In this document: positions 37,796 to 46,737 of the stretch, piece after piece
Numbering within the stretch: the first letter of the stretch is position 1
Layout of the letters: each line of letters opens with the position of its first letter
DNA from: an uncultured Lachnospiraceae bacterium
GTDB taxonomy: Bacteria > Bacillota > Clostridia > Lachnospirales > Lachnospiraceae
Reading direction: 5' to 3'
DNA: 58,648 nt
Assembly: GCA_946629665.1 (NCBI GenBank)
Contig: CAMOYC010000001.1
Span: forward strand, 1 to 58,648
Program-made: the position numbers and the translations under genes
The notes under the pieces: model-generated
What the model saw: the letters and a program-made list of their open reading frames with translations, nothing else
Told to the model about the DNA's origin: nothing
Database searches by the model: none

Positions 37796-38617
37796 ATGAT
37801 CCAGGCTAAATGTCCCTGCCAGGCGCCGACCGGCATGGTGCCTCAGCAGAGGATCATTGAAAAAATGAATGAATATATGAGCAGGCGGGATTATGCCGGT
37901 GCGGAGCGCCACCTGCTCTACTGGCTGGAGGAAGCGAAAGCGAACGGGGACGAGAGGGGCCGGCTGATGCTTTATAATGAGCTGGCCGGCCACTATCGAA
38001 AGACCGGAGACAAGGAGAAGGCGATCCAAAGCGCCGAGGAAGCGCTGACCCTTCTTGCTGTGCTGGATTTTGAAGGGACAGTATCCGCCGGCACCACCTA
38101 TGTGAATGCCGCCACGGTCTATAATGCTTTTGGAGAAAACAGCACTTCTATGGAACTGTTTGAAAAAGCCAGGTCGATCTACGAGGGAAGAAAAGAAACG
38201 GATCCTTCCCTGCTGGGAGGCCTCTACAACAATATGGCTCTTACCTGTACAGCCCTTGGGCGCTACCGGGAAGCGATCTCCCTTTATGAACTGGCTTTAT
38301 CAGCCATGGACCAGGTTCCCGGCGGCCGCCTGGAGCAGGGGATCACTTATCTGAACATGGCAGATACCTTCCGTCAGATGGAAGGCATGGAAAAGGCGGA
38401 AGCCCGCATTTATGAGCTTTTGGATCAGGCAGAAGTCTGTCTTCTTGGTCAGCAGAAAGAGACCGGAGACCGGGAAGCAACGGAATCTCCTGGTGTCGAT
38501 CCGGGTTATTACGCCTTTGTATGCGAGAAGTGTGCACCCACATTTTCTTATTATGGGTATTTTCTTACAGCAGACGAATTAAAAAACAGAGCGGAGAAAA
38601 TCTATGCAGGGACTTGA
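37796..38617 (+). CDS. Tetratricopeptide-repeat protein
   Basis: Repeated helical TPR motifs (LYNELAGHYRKTG, YVNAATVY, LYNNMAL, YLNMAD) and C-terminal CEKCAP. ATG 37796 follows AAGGAG; alternative start 37769. Confidence 0.85.
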   Translation: MIQAKCPCQAPTGMVPQQRIIEKMNEYMSRRDYAGAERHLLYWLEEAKANGDERGRLMLYNELAGHYRKTGDKEKAIQSAEEALTLLAVLDFEGTVSAGTTYVNAATVYNAFGENSTSMELFEKARSIYEGRKETDPSLLGGLYNNMALTCTALGRYREAISLYELALSAMDQVPGGRLEQGITYLNMADTFRQMEGMEKAEARIYELLDQAEVCLLGQQKETGDREATESPGVDPGYYAFVCEKCAPTFSYYGYFLTADELKNRAEKIYAGT

Positions 38618-39545
38618 ACTCGCAAGAAAATATTATGAAAGCTTCGGAGATTCCATGTTAAAAGAGCAGTTTCCGGAGCTTCTTCCTTTGCTGGCCGTCG
38701 GTCTGATCGGCAGCGGATCCGAATGTTTCGGATATGATGATGCGGTCTCAACCGACCACGATTTTGAGCCGGGATTTATGATCTTCCTGCCGGATGAAGA
38801 TGTGGTGGACAGAAAGACAGCTTTCCGGTTGGAAAGGGCTTACGCCAAACTTCCCAGGGAATTCGGTGGGTTCAGGAGGTCTCTTGTGCAGCCCGTTGGC
38901 GGGCCGAGACGCGGCGTGATCCGTATCCGGGATTTTCTGATGGAGAAGCTGGGCCAGGAAGATGCGGATCTTAGTCTGACAGGATGGCTTACCCTGCCGG
39001 ACCAGTCCCTGGCGGAACTGACAGGCGGCAGCCTTTTTTTTGACAATTACGGTCTTTTAACGCAGATCAGAGAGAGGCTGTCCTTCTTTCCGGAGGATAT
39101 CCGGAAGAAGAAAATGGCTGGCCATCTGCTCCTTATGGCTCAGGCCGGCCAGTATAATTACGAGCGCTGTATCCGCCACGGGGAAACTGCTGCGGCCCAG
39201 ATCGCTGTCTATGAATTTGTAAAAAGCGCTATATCCCTGATCTTTTTGCTGAACAGAAGGTACCAGCCCTACTATAAGTGGGGATTCCGGGCCCTGCGTG
39301 AACTGCCGTGCCTGGCCCTGGAAGCAGAGCTGTTTGAATATCTTCTCACGACGGATAACGAGCCGGGGATCATGGAAGAGAAAGCAAAGGTGATCGAAGG
39401 TATTGCAGCAGATGTTATCCTGGAACTCAGAGGCCGGCATTTAAGCAATGCGGATTGCGGAGACCTGGAAAAACACGCCTGGTCTGTCAATGATTCGATC
39501 GGGGACGGCGTACTCCGCAATATGCATATTCTTGCGGCTGTCTGA
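38604..39545 (+). CDS. DUF4037 protein (Pol-beta nucleotidyltransferase-like N-terminus)
   Basis: AVGLIGSGSECFGYDDAVSTDHDFEPGF, QAGQYNYERC and YQPYYKW motifs. Confidence 0.8.
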   Translation: MQGLELARKYYESFGDSMLKEQFPELLPLLAVGLIGSGSECFGYDDAVSTDHDFEPGFMIFLPDEDVVDRKTAFRLERAYAKLPREFGGFRRSLVQPVGGPRRGVIRIRDFLMEKLGQEDADLSLTGWLTLPDQSLAELTGGSLFFDNYGLLTQIRERLSFFPEDIRKKKMAGHLLLMAQAGQYNYERCIRHGETAAAQIAVYEFVKSAISLIFLLNRRYQPYYKWGFRALRELPCLALEAELFEYLLTTDNEPGIMEEKAKVIEGIAADVILELRGRHLSNADCGDLEKHAWSVNDSIGDGVLRNMHILAAV

Positions 39546-39591
39546 TCATGCCTGCGATTTACGGAACATAAACAAGAGGAAAGGAAACGAT

Positions 39592-40284
39592 ATGAAGATA
39601 CACGGACTCGCAAAAATGACGCTCCTGGATTTTCCGGGCAGAGTAGCCTGCACTGTTTTTCTCGGGGCCTGCGATTTCCGCTGTCCCTACTGCCATAACT
39701 TTGAACTGGTAGACGGCAGCGCGCCCCCCGTCATGGATGAAGAGGACCTTTTTTCATTTCTGGAGAAGAGAAAGGGCCTTCTGGACGGGGTGGCTGTCAC
39801 CGGAGGGGAACCCTGTCTGAACAAGGACCTGCCCGCCCTCCTGCGGAGGATCCGGCAGATGGGATATATGACCAAGCTTGATACCAACGGGAATCATCCG
39901 GACATGCTGAAAAAACTCCTGGATGAAGATCTCCTGGATTATGTTGCTATGGATATCAAGAACAGCCCGGATAAATATGCCATAACGATTGGAAAGGATA
40001 AGATCGACCTGGCACCCATTCGGGAAAGCATTTCCCTGATCATGGGCAGTAAGATCGATTATGAATTTCGCACCACTGTTGTGGATGAGTTCCACAAGAT
40101 ATCGGATTTTGAAGAGATAGGAGCTATGATAGAGGGAGCAAAACGGTACTTTATCCAGCCCTTTACTGACAGGGATACCGTACCCTTCGGAAACCTGCAT
40201 GCGCCGGGGAAAGCGGACCTGGAGGCTTATTTAGCCCTTGTGCGCCGGTATGTCCCGAATGCTGAACTGAGAGGGACTGACTAG
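39592..40284 (+). CDS. nrdG: Anaerobic ribonucleotide reductase activating enzyme (radical SAM)
   Basis: CDFRCPYCHN, VTGGEP, KLDTNG and YEFRTT motifs; immediately upstream of nrdD. Confidence 0.93.
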   Translation: MKIHGLAKMTLLDFPGRVACTVFLGACDFRCPYCHNFELVDGSAPPVMDEEDLFSFLEKRKGLLDGVAVTGGEPCLNKDLPALLRRIRQMGYMTKLDTNGNHPDMLKKLLDEDLLDYVAMDIKNSPDKYAITIGKDKIDLAPIRESISLIMGSKIDYEFRTTVVDEFHKISDFEEIGAMIEGAKRYFIQPFTDRDTVPFGNLHAPGKADLEAYLALVRRYVPNAELRGTD

Positions 40285-40289
40285 GTCCT

Positions 40290-40361
40290 CCACAATATAT
40301 AGTGGCTATTTAAATAAATTACACCATATATATTGACAACCTTCCTTGGCAATGATAATAT
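40290..40361 (+). promoter_or_regulatory. Tandem NrdR boxes overlapping the sigmaA promoter of nrdD
   Basis: CCACAATATATAGTGG (40290-40305) and ACACCATATATATTGA (40321-40336) start 31 bp apart and match acaCwAtATaTwGtgt. Box 2 overlaps TTGACA (40333-40338), followed after 17 bp by a TG-extended TAATAT. Confidence 0.88.
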
Positions 40362-40441
40362 TTATAAAGTGCCTCTGCTCAAACACGGCAGAGGATTTCA
40401 TTTGTTATTCTATGAGGTTTAAGTATAGGAGGAGTTGTCCC

Positions 40442-42850
40442 ATGTATTATGTAGTGAAAAGAGATGGAAAGATTGCTGATTTCAACATCAGTAAGATCAG
40501 TGCCGCGATCACAAAAGCATTCGAGGCTCTGAACAAGCATTTCCATCCGAGTGTGATTGACCTGATCTCTCTTCATGTTACTTCCGATTTTGAAAGCAAG
40601 ATCGTGGATGACCGGATTTCCGTGGAGGAGATCCAGGACAGTGTGGAGAAGGTTCTCTCTGAGTCCGGCTATGCGGATGTAGCGAAAGCATACATCCTCT
40701 ATCGCCGTCAGCGTGAGAAAGTCCGCAACATCAATTCCGCGCTCCTGAATTATAAAGATCTGGTTGATAACTATCTGAAGATCAATGACTGGCGTGTGAA
40801 AGAGAATTCGACCGTAACTTATTCTGTCGGTGGTCTGATCCTTTCCAACTCCGGCGCGATCACTGCCAACTACTGGCTGAGCGAAGTGTACGATGATGAT
40901 ATTGCGAATGCCCACAGGAAGGCCGAGATCCATCTTCACGACCTTTCCATGCTTACCGGATACTGCGCAGGCTGGTCCTTAAAGCAGCTGATCCAGGAAG
41001 GCCTGGGCGGCGTACCGGGCAAGATCACATCTTCCCCGGCAAGACATCTTTCCACCCTTTGCAACCAGATGGTGAATTTCCTTGGCATCATGCAGAATGA
41101 GTGGGCAGGTGCACAGGCATTTTCTTCCTTTGATACTTATCTGGCTCCTTTCGTTAAGATTGATAACCTGAGCCAGAAAGAAGTGAAGCAGTGTGTTCAG
41201 TCCTTTGTCTACGGCGTGAATACACCGAGCCGCTGGGGAACGCAGGCACCTTTCTCCAACATCACTCTTGACTGGGTTGTTCCGAACGATCTTAAGAACC
41301 TGCCGGCGATTATCGGCGGCGAGGAGATGGATTTCACTTACGGAGACTGCCAGAAGGAGATGGATATGGTCAACAAGGCATTCATTGAGATCATGATCGA
41401 GGGAGATGCCAACGGACGCGGATTCCAGTATCCGATCCCCACCTACTCCATCACCAGGGATTTTGACTGGTCCGAGACAGAGAACAACAAGCTTCTCTTT
41501 GAGATGACTGCCAAGTACGGAACTCCTTATTTCTCCAATTATATTAATTCTGACATGGAACCCAGCGATGTCCGCTCCATGTGCTGCAGACTCCGCCTTG
41601 ACCTGAGAGAACTTCGGAAGAAATCCGGTGGTTTCTTCGGTTCCGGCGAATCCACCGGTTCCATTGGTGTTGTAACGATCAACATGCCACGTATCGCTTA
41701 TCTTGCGAAGGATGAGAGAGACTTTTATAAGCGTCTTGATGTGCTCATGGATATTTCCGCCCGCAGCCTGAAAACGAAGCGCACCGTTATCACTAAGCTG
41801 TTAGAGCAGGGACTGTATCCTTACACCAAGAGATACCTTGGCAACTTTGATAATCATTTTTCCACCATCGGCCTGATCGGTATGAACGAGGTTGGCCTTA
41901 ACGCAAGATGGCTCAGAGCTGACCTGACTGATCCGAGAGCCCAGCGTTTTACCAGGGATGTCCTGAACCATATGAGAGAGCGCTTATCCGACTACCAGGA
42001 GCTCTACGGTGACCTTTACAATCTGGAAGCAACTCCGGCAGAGTCCACCACCTACCGTTTTGCTAAGCATGACAAGGAGCAGTTCCCGGATATCATCACA
42101 GCCAACATGGACGGAACTCCTTACTACACGAATTCCTCCCATCTGCCGGTTGGATTTACTGAGGATGTTTTCTCCGCATTGGATATCCAGGATGACCTGC
42201 AGACACTCTACACTTCAGGAACCGTATTCCATGCCTTCCTGGGTGAGAAGCTCCCGGACTGGAAGGCAGCAGCGAATCTTGTCCGTAAGATCGCCGAAAA
42301 CTATAAGCTGCCTTACTACACCATGTCTCCTACCTATTCCGTATGCAGAGACCATGGATATCTTACCGGCGAGCAGGCAACCTGCCCGATCTGCGGAAGG
42401 AAGACAGAGATCTACAGCCGTATCACCGGCTACTACCGTCCGGTTCAGAACTGGAATGATGGAAAAGCGCAGGAATACAAAGATAGAAAAGTATATGATC
42501 TTGGCCACTCGACCCTCACCCATGTCGGACCGAATCCGGTGATCTCTGATCAGCCGCAGGCAGAGACGGCAGTGGAAGAGACGGTTATCTACGAAGCTCC
42601 TGAGAGCGTAGAGAGCGACCAGACCGTACTTCTCTTCAAGACTCCTACCTGTCCCAACTGTAAGGCGGCAGGAGCCCTTCTGGACCGTGCAGGAGTGAAT
42701 TATCAGTCCCTGAACGCGAATGAAGAGCGTGATCTTGTAAGCCGCTTTGGTGTAAAGCAGGCACCGACTCTGGTTTTGGTCAACGGTGAGGAATTTGAGA
42801 AATACCGTGGTGTATCAGACATCAAAGGATGGCTGATGAAACGCAACTAA
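40442..42850 (+). CDS. nrdD: Class III (anaerobic) ribonucleoside-triphosphate reductase with C-terminal glutaredoxin/NrdH-like domain
   Basis: N-terminal ATP-cone (VVKRDG), finger loop SMCCRL, EATPAEST, Zn site CRDH/CPIC and glycyl-radical loop YSRITGYY; then a linker and TPTCPNC..GVKQAPTL. Start ATG 40442 follows AGGAGG. Confidence 0.95.
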   Translation: MYYVVKRDGKIADFNISKISAAITKAFEALNKHFHPSVIDLISLHVTSDFESKIVDDRISVEEIQDSVEKVLSESGYADVAKAYILYRRQREKVRNINSALLNYKDLVDNYLKINDWRVKENSTVTYSVGGLILSNSGAITANYWLSEVYDDDIANAHRKAEIHLHDLSMLTGYCAGWSLKQLIQEGLGGVPGKITSSPARHLSTLCNQMVNFLGIMQNEWAGAQAFSSFDTYLAPFVKIDNLSQKEVKQCVQSFVYGVNTPSRWGTQAPFSNITLDWVVPNDLKNLPAIIGGEEMDFTYGDCQKEMDMVNKAFIEIMIEGDANGRGFQYPIPTYSITRDFDWSETENNKLLFEMTAKYGTPYFSNYINSDMEPSDVRSMCCRLRLDLRELRKKSGGFFGSGESTGSIGVVTINMPRIAYLAKDERDFYKRLDVLMDISARSLKTKRTVITKLLEQGLYPYTKRYLGNFDNHFSTIGLIGMNEVGLNARWLRADLTDPRAQRFTRDVLNHMRERLSDYQELYGDLYNLEATPAESTTYRFAKHDKEQFPDIITANMDGTPYYTNSSHLPVGFTEDVFSALDIQDDLQTLYTSGTVFHAFLGEKLPDWKAAANLVRKIAENYKLPYYTMSPTYSVCRDHGYLTGEQATCPICGRKTEIYSRITGYYRPVQNWNDGKAQEYKDRKVYDLGHSTLTHVGPNPVISDQPQAETAVEETVIYEAPESVESDQTVLLFKTPTCPNCKAAGALLDRAGVNYQSLNANEERDLVSRFGVKQAPTLVLVNGEEFEKYRGVSDIKGWLMKRN

Positions 42851-42865
42851 CTGACAGTACGGACC

Positions 42866-42900
42866 GGCGGGCAGATGTGAAGGAACTTCTGCCCGCCTTT
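42866..42900 (+). terminator. GC-rich hairpin between nrdD and the trxB-like gene (weak terminator or mRNA stabiliser)
   Basis: GGCGGGCAGA-N12-TCTGCCCGCC followed by only TTT. Confidence 0.55.
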
Positions 42901-42922
42901 ACGCATATACAGGAGGCTCATC

Positions 42923-43849
42923 ATGTATGATATTATCGTAGTTGGCGGGGGACCGGCCGGCATGACAGCTGCTCTCTATGCCAGACGGAACGGGAAAACC
43001 GTTCTTGTGATCGAAAAAAATGGTTTCGGGGGCCAGATCACTCATTCCCCTAAAGTAGAGAATTATCCCGGCACCCTGTCCATGAGCGGCAACGAATTCG
43101 CGGACAGTCTGCTGGACCAGATTCTTGCCCAGGGAGCGGAGATTGAGTTTGAAAATGTGATCTCTGTCAGGGAGGAGGATGGGAAGAAGGTTGTAAGAAC
43201 CGAAGAAGGATCGTCCTTTTCTTCTAAGGCCGTGATACTTGCTACCGGTGTAAAACACCGTATGCTGGGCCTTCCGGGGGAGAAAGACCTTGTGGGAGAA
43301 GGGATTTCTTTCTGTGCTGTCTGTGACGGAGATTTTTATACAGACCAGGTAGTCTGTCTCGCCGGCGGAGGAAACTCTGCTCTGCAGGAGGGGATCCTCC
43401 TATCTGAAAAGTGCGCTAAGGTGATCATTCTCCAGGATCTGGATCACTTTACCGGGGAGGAAGCATTACAGAAGGTTCTGTTTTCCAGATCGAACGTAAC
43501 AGCTTACACCGGAGTAAAGATCAGCGGCCTGATCACCAATGAGAAGGACGAGTTATCCGGAGTGGAGATCCGGAAAGGGAAGAGCGGAGAGATCAGTCAT
43601 ATTCCCTGTGACGGGCTGTTTGTTGCGATCGGACTGGTTCCGGAGAATAAGGACTTTGCCTCCCTGGCTTACCTTGACGACCGGGGCTACTTTGACAGCG
43701 GAGAAGACTGCCTCACTGTTACGGAAGGCCTGTTTGTAGCAGGAGACTGCCGCCGCAAAGAGATCCGACAGGTGACTACTGCAGCCGCCGACGGAGCAGT
43801 TGCTGCTTTAGCAGCCTGCCGCTACATCAGTATGCAGGAAGCAGATTAA
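42923..43849 (+). CDS. trxB: Thioredoxin-reductase-family flavoprotein
   Basis: GGGPAG FAD motif, VENYPG, redox CAVC, GGGNSA and FVAGDC..QV.TA..DG motifs. Confidence 0.88.
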   Translation: MYDIIVVGGGPAGMTAALYARRNGKTVLVIEKNGFGGQITHSPKVENYPGTLSMSGNEFADSLLDQILAQGAEIEFENVISVREEDGKKVVRTEEGSSFSSKAVILATGVKHRMLGLPGEKDLVGEGISFCAVCDGDFYTDQVVCLAGGGNSALQEGILLSEKCAKVIILQDLDHFTGEEALQKVLFSRSNVTAYTGVKISGLITNEKDELSGVEIRKGKSGEISHIPCDGLFVAIGLVPENKDFASLAYLDDRGYFDSGEDCLTVTEGLFVAGDCRRKEIRQVTTAAADGAVAALAACRYISMQEAD

Positions 43850-43960
43850 GTAAAAGGTGTTCCATTTTCCGGGAGAAAGTGCTATGATAGTAGCGAAAAG
43901 AGGGCATGGTTCATGCCATCTGTATTTGAATTCACATGATATGATGATGGAGGTGCTCCT

Positions 43961-44845
43961 ATGACAATCTTTAAAGGATCAGGCGTTGCATTGGCTACGC
44001 CGATGAAAGAGAATGGAGATATTAATTATGATTCACTGGGCAGGTTGATCGAAGCCCAGATCGAGGGAGGGACGGATGCGCTCATTGTGTGCGGTACATC
44101 CGGAGAAGCTCCGACTTTAGATGATCCCGAGCATCTTGATGCGATAAAGTTTGCAGTAGAACAGACCAAGGGAAGGATTCCTGTGATCGCAGGAACCGGT
44201 TCCAATAACACAGCCCATGCTGTTATGATGTCTGAGGAGTCAGAGAAACTTGGTGCAGACGGTCTTCTGCTGGTAACTCCCTATTATAATAAAGCGACTC
44301 AGGAAGGACTCTATAAACACTACCGCACGATTGCTTCTGCAACGAAGCTCCCCTGCATTGTTTACAATGTTCCATCCAGGACCGGCACCAACATTCTGCC
44401 GGAGACTATGGCCAGACTGGCGAAAGACCAGGAGAATATCGTAGCGATCAAGGAAGCAACAGGCAACATCAGCCAGGTTGCAAAGCTTGCGGGGCTGACA
44501 GACGGTAAGCTGGATATCTACTCCGGCAACGATGACCAGATCGTACCTCTGTGTTCCTTAGGAGGAATCGGCGTGATCTCCGTCCTGGCTAATGTGGCGC
44601 CCAGGGAGACCCATGATATCGTGATGCATTGTCTCCAGGGAAGATATGAGGAGGCAAGAGCTCTCCAGCTGAAGGCTCTGCCGCTGGTGGAACAGCTTTT
44701 CATTGAAGTGAACCCGATCCCGGTTAAGGCAGCCTTAAACATGCAGGGCTTTGAGGTCGGCTCCCCGAGGCTTCCCCTTACTGAACTGACAGATGCCCAT
44801 AAGAAGACGTTAAGAGAGGCAATGGTTGCTTTTGGCTGCCTCTGA
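43961..44845 (+). CDS. dapA: 4-hydroxy-tetrahydrodipicolinate synthase
   Basis: CGTSGE, GTGSNNT, VTPYYNK, YNVPSRTG, IKEA and NPIPVK motifs. Confidence 0.95.
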   Translation: MTIFKGSGVALATPMKENGDINYDSLGRLIEAQIEGGTDALIVCGTSGEAPTLDDPEHLDAIKFAVEQTKGRIPVIAGTGSNNTAHAVMMSEESEKLGADGLLLVTPYYNKATQEGLYKHYRTIASATKLPCIVYNVPSRTGTNILPETMARLAKDQENIVAIKEATGNISQVAKLAGLTDGKLDIYSGNDDQIVPLCSLGGIGVISVLANVAPRETHDIVMHCLQGRYEEARALQLKALPLVEQLFIEVNPIPVKAALNMQGFEVGSPRLPLTELTDAHKKTLREAMVAFGCL

Positions 44846-44895
44846 TCCAAACGTTTCAGACACTGCATACAGGATAGATTGAATAAAAGCATAAG

Positions 44896-44937
44896 AAAAA
44901 GCCGTGTGGTTGAGGGATTGACCACACGGCTTTTATT
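44896..44937. terminator. Bidirectional terminator between convergent dapA and oppA
   Basis: AAAAGCCGTGTGGT-N10-ACCACACGGCTTTT with A and T tracts on both sides. Confidence 0.85.
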
Positions 44938-44974
44938 ATGGTTTTACATAGATACTGTCAGAAAACAGCAGATA

Positions 44975-46678
44975 TTATTTCTTTGTAGCATACATGAAAT
45001 ATTTGTTTCCTGTTACAGTGGAATAGATTCCATCTACATTCCCTTTTTGCATATAGATATCATTGTAGTAGTAGATCGGGATAACAGCATAGGTGGACAT
45101 GAGGATATCCTCTGCCTTATGCATCTTGTCAACACGGCTTGCGAAATCAGTTGTGGTACGGATGTCTTTGATAAGGGCATCATACTCTTTCCAGTTATGT
45201 TTGTCTTTATCTGCATCACGGCCTAACTGAGGATCATTGTTTCCGGAATCTGTGGTGAACATCTCAAGCATGTTGATCGGATCGTCATAGTCTGCTAACC
45301 AGCCTTCACGAGCGAAGGTGTACTTGCCGTCCTTACGATCCTGCAGGAATACATTCCAGTCTTCCTGAGCGATTGTGATCTCGATACCGATGGTGGAAAG
45401 GTCACTCTGGATGGACTCAGCAACTTTCTGGTGTCCGTCATCCTGATTCAGGATGTAAGGGATCGTGATCGCAGGGCTCACGGAGTAGGTTCCGTCACCG
45501 TTGTCGGTGAAGGAATAGCCACATTCTTCGAGAAGCTTCATAGCCTGCTCAGCGTTGGAAGGACCGGTAGTTGTTGCATCGTAGTAAGAGGTATCCTCAC
45601 CCTTGAAGATGCCGCCGTTACCATCGCTCATTCCTGCAGGAATGTAGGAGTCAGCGGGAACCTGGCCGGTCTGACCTACCGCATCTACGATGTACTGACG
45701 GTCGATCATCAGGGAGATTGCTTCACGGAACTTATCACCCTGCTCAGGGGTCATATCCTTGAAAAGATCAGAGTTTACATTGAACGCAAGATAGTAGGTT
45801 CCCAGATTATCAATGATCTTGAACTCCTTGTTGTTGAGGAGTGACTGGATCTCATCGGTAGGAACGGAGTCGATAAAATCAAGATCGCCGCTGTTGTATG
45901 CAGCATAGGTAGCTGTGTTATCAGCACTTAACATGAAGTTTAAGGTAGGGATGTTAACCTTGTCAGCATTCCAGTAGTTATCATTCTTGGTGTAAACCAT
46001 AGATTCGTTGTGTTTCCACTCGGTAAGAGTGTAGGCACCGTTGCTGACGAAGCCTGCTTCCTGAGCCCATGCGCCCGGCTTGGTTCCATCCGGGTTTGCC
46101 TTCTCAACATCTGCCTGGTAAACCGGGAAGAATACCGGGAAAGCGAGCAGTGACAGGAAGTAAGGGCAAGGGTTGGTAAGCTTAATCTCCAGTGTATAGT
46201 CATCCACTGCTTTGACGTCCAGCTTGTCATCGTCACGGTCGATGATATCAAAGAGATAAGCGTAGTCTGCTGCAGTAGCAGGATCAACCGCACGGTTCCA
46301 GCTGTATACGAAGTCGTTGGCGGTCAGCTTTTCACCATTGCTCCATACAGTGTCTTTCAACTTAACTGTGTAGGTACATCCATCCTCGGAAACCTCAGGA
46401 AGAGCTTCTGCGATAGCAGGAACAATTTCCTGCTTCTCATTATAAGTATAGAGACCTTCAAAAGAGTTAACGGCGAGACATGCGCCATCAACGGAGCTGT
46501 TCAGTGTAGGATCAAGGAAATCCGGCTCACTGGCAAGGTTGATATAAAGTGTGTCCTTATCTGCATTCTCAGTTGTAGCAGCAGATGTAGACTGCTCGGC
46601 ACCGCCGCCTGAGCTTCCACAGCCGGCGAGACCGATTATCATGGTTGAAGCAAGCAAAATTGCTAATAACTTCTTCAT
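44975..46678 (-). CDS. oppA: Oligopeptide ABC transporter substrate-binding lipoprotein
   Basis: Lipobox LAGC, SEPDFLDP, WSNG..LTANDFVYSW, NGAY and GWLADYDDP motifs. Confidence 0.93.
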   Translation of the reverse strand: MKKLLAILLASTMIIGLAGCGSSGGGAEQSTSAATTENADKDTLYINLASEPDFLDPTLNSSVDGACLAVNSFEGLYTYNEKQEIVPAIAEALPEVSEDGCTYTVKLKDTVWSNGEKLTANDFVYSWNRAVDPATAADYAYLFDIIDRDDDKLDVKAVDDYTLEIKLTNPCPYFLSLLAFPVFFPVYQADVEKANPDGTKPGAWAQEAGFVSNGAYTLTEWKHNESMVYTKNDNYWNADKVNIPTLNFMLSADNTATYAAYNSGDLDFIDSVPTDEIQSLLNNKEFKIIDNLGTYYLAFNVNSDLFKDMTPEQGDKFREAISLMIDRQYIVDAVGQTGQVPADSYIPAGMSDGNGGIFKGEDTSYYDATTTGPSNAEQAMKLLEECGYSFTDNGDGTYSVSPAITIPYILNQDDGHQKVAESIQSDLSTIGIEITIAQEDWNVFLQDRKDGKYTFAREGWLADYDDPINMLEMFTTDSGNNDPQLGRDADKDKHNWKEYDALIKDIRTTTDFASRVDKMHKAEDILMSTYAVIPIYYYNDIYMQKGNVDGIYSTVTGNKYFMYATKK

Positions 46679-46737
46679 ATTTCTTCCTCCTCATAAAAAT
46701 ATAAAATCTATGTTTCATTTCCCTCAAAATTGAAACC

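Noticed and set aside
43850-43960. Lysine riboswitch upstream of dapA
   Set aside because: The region is too short and lacks the consensus; only a small GGCATG/CATGCC hairpin is present.
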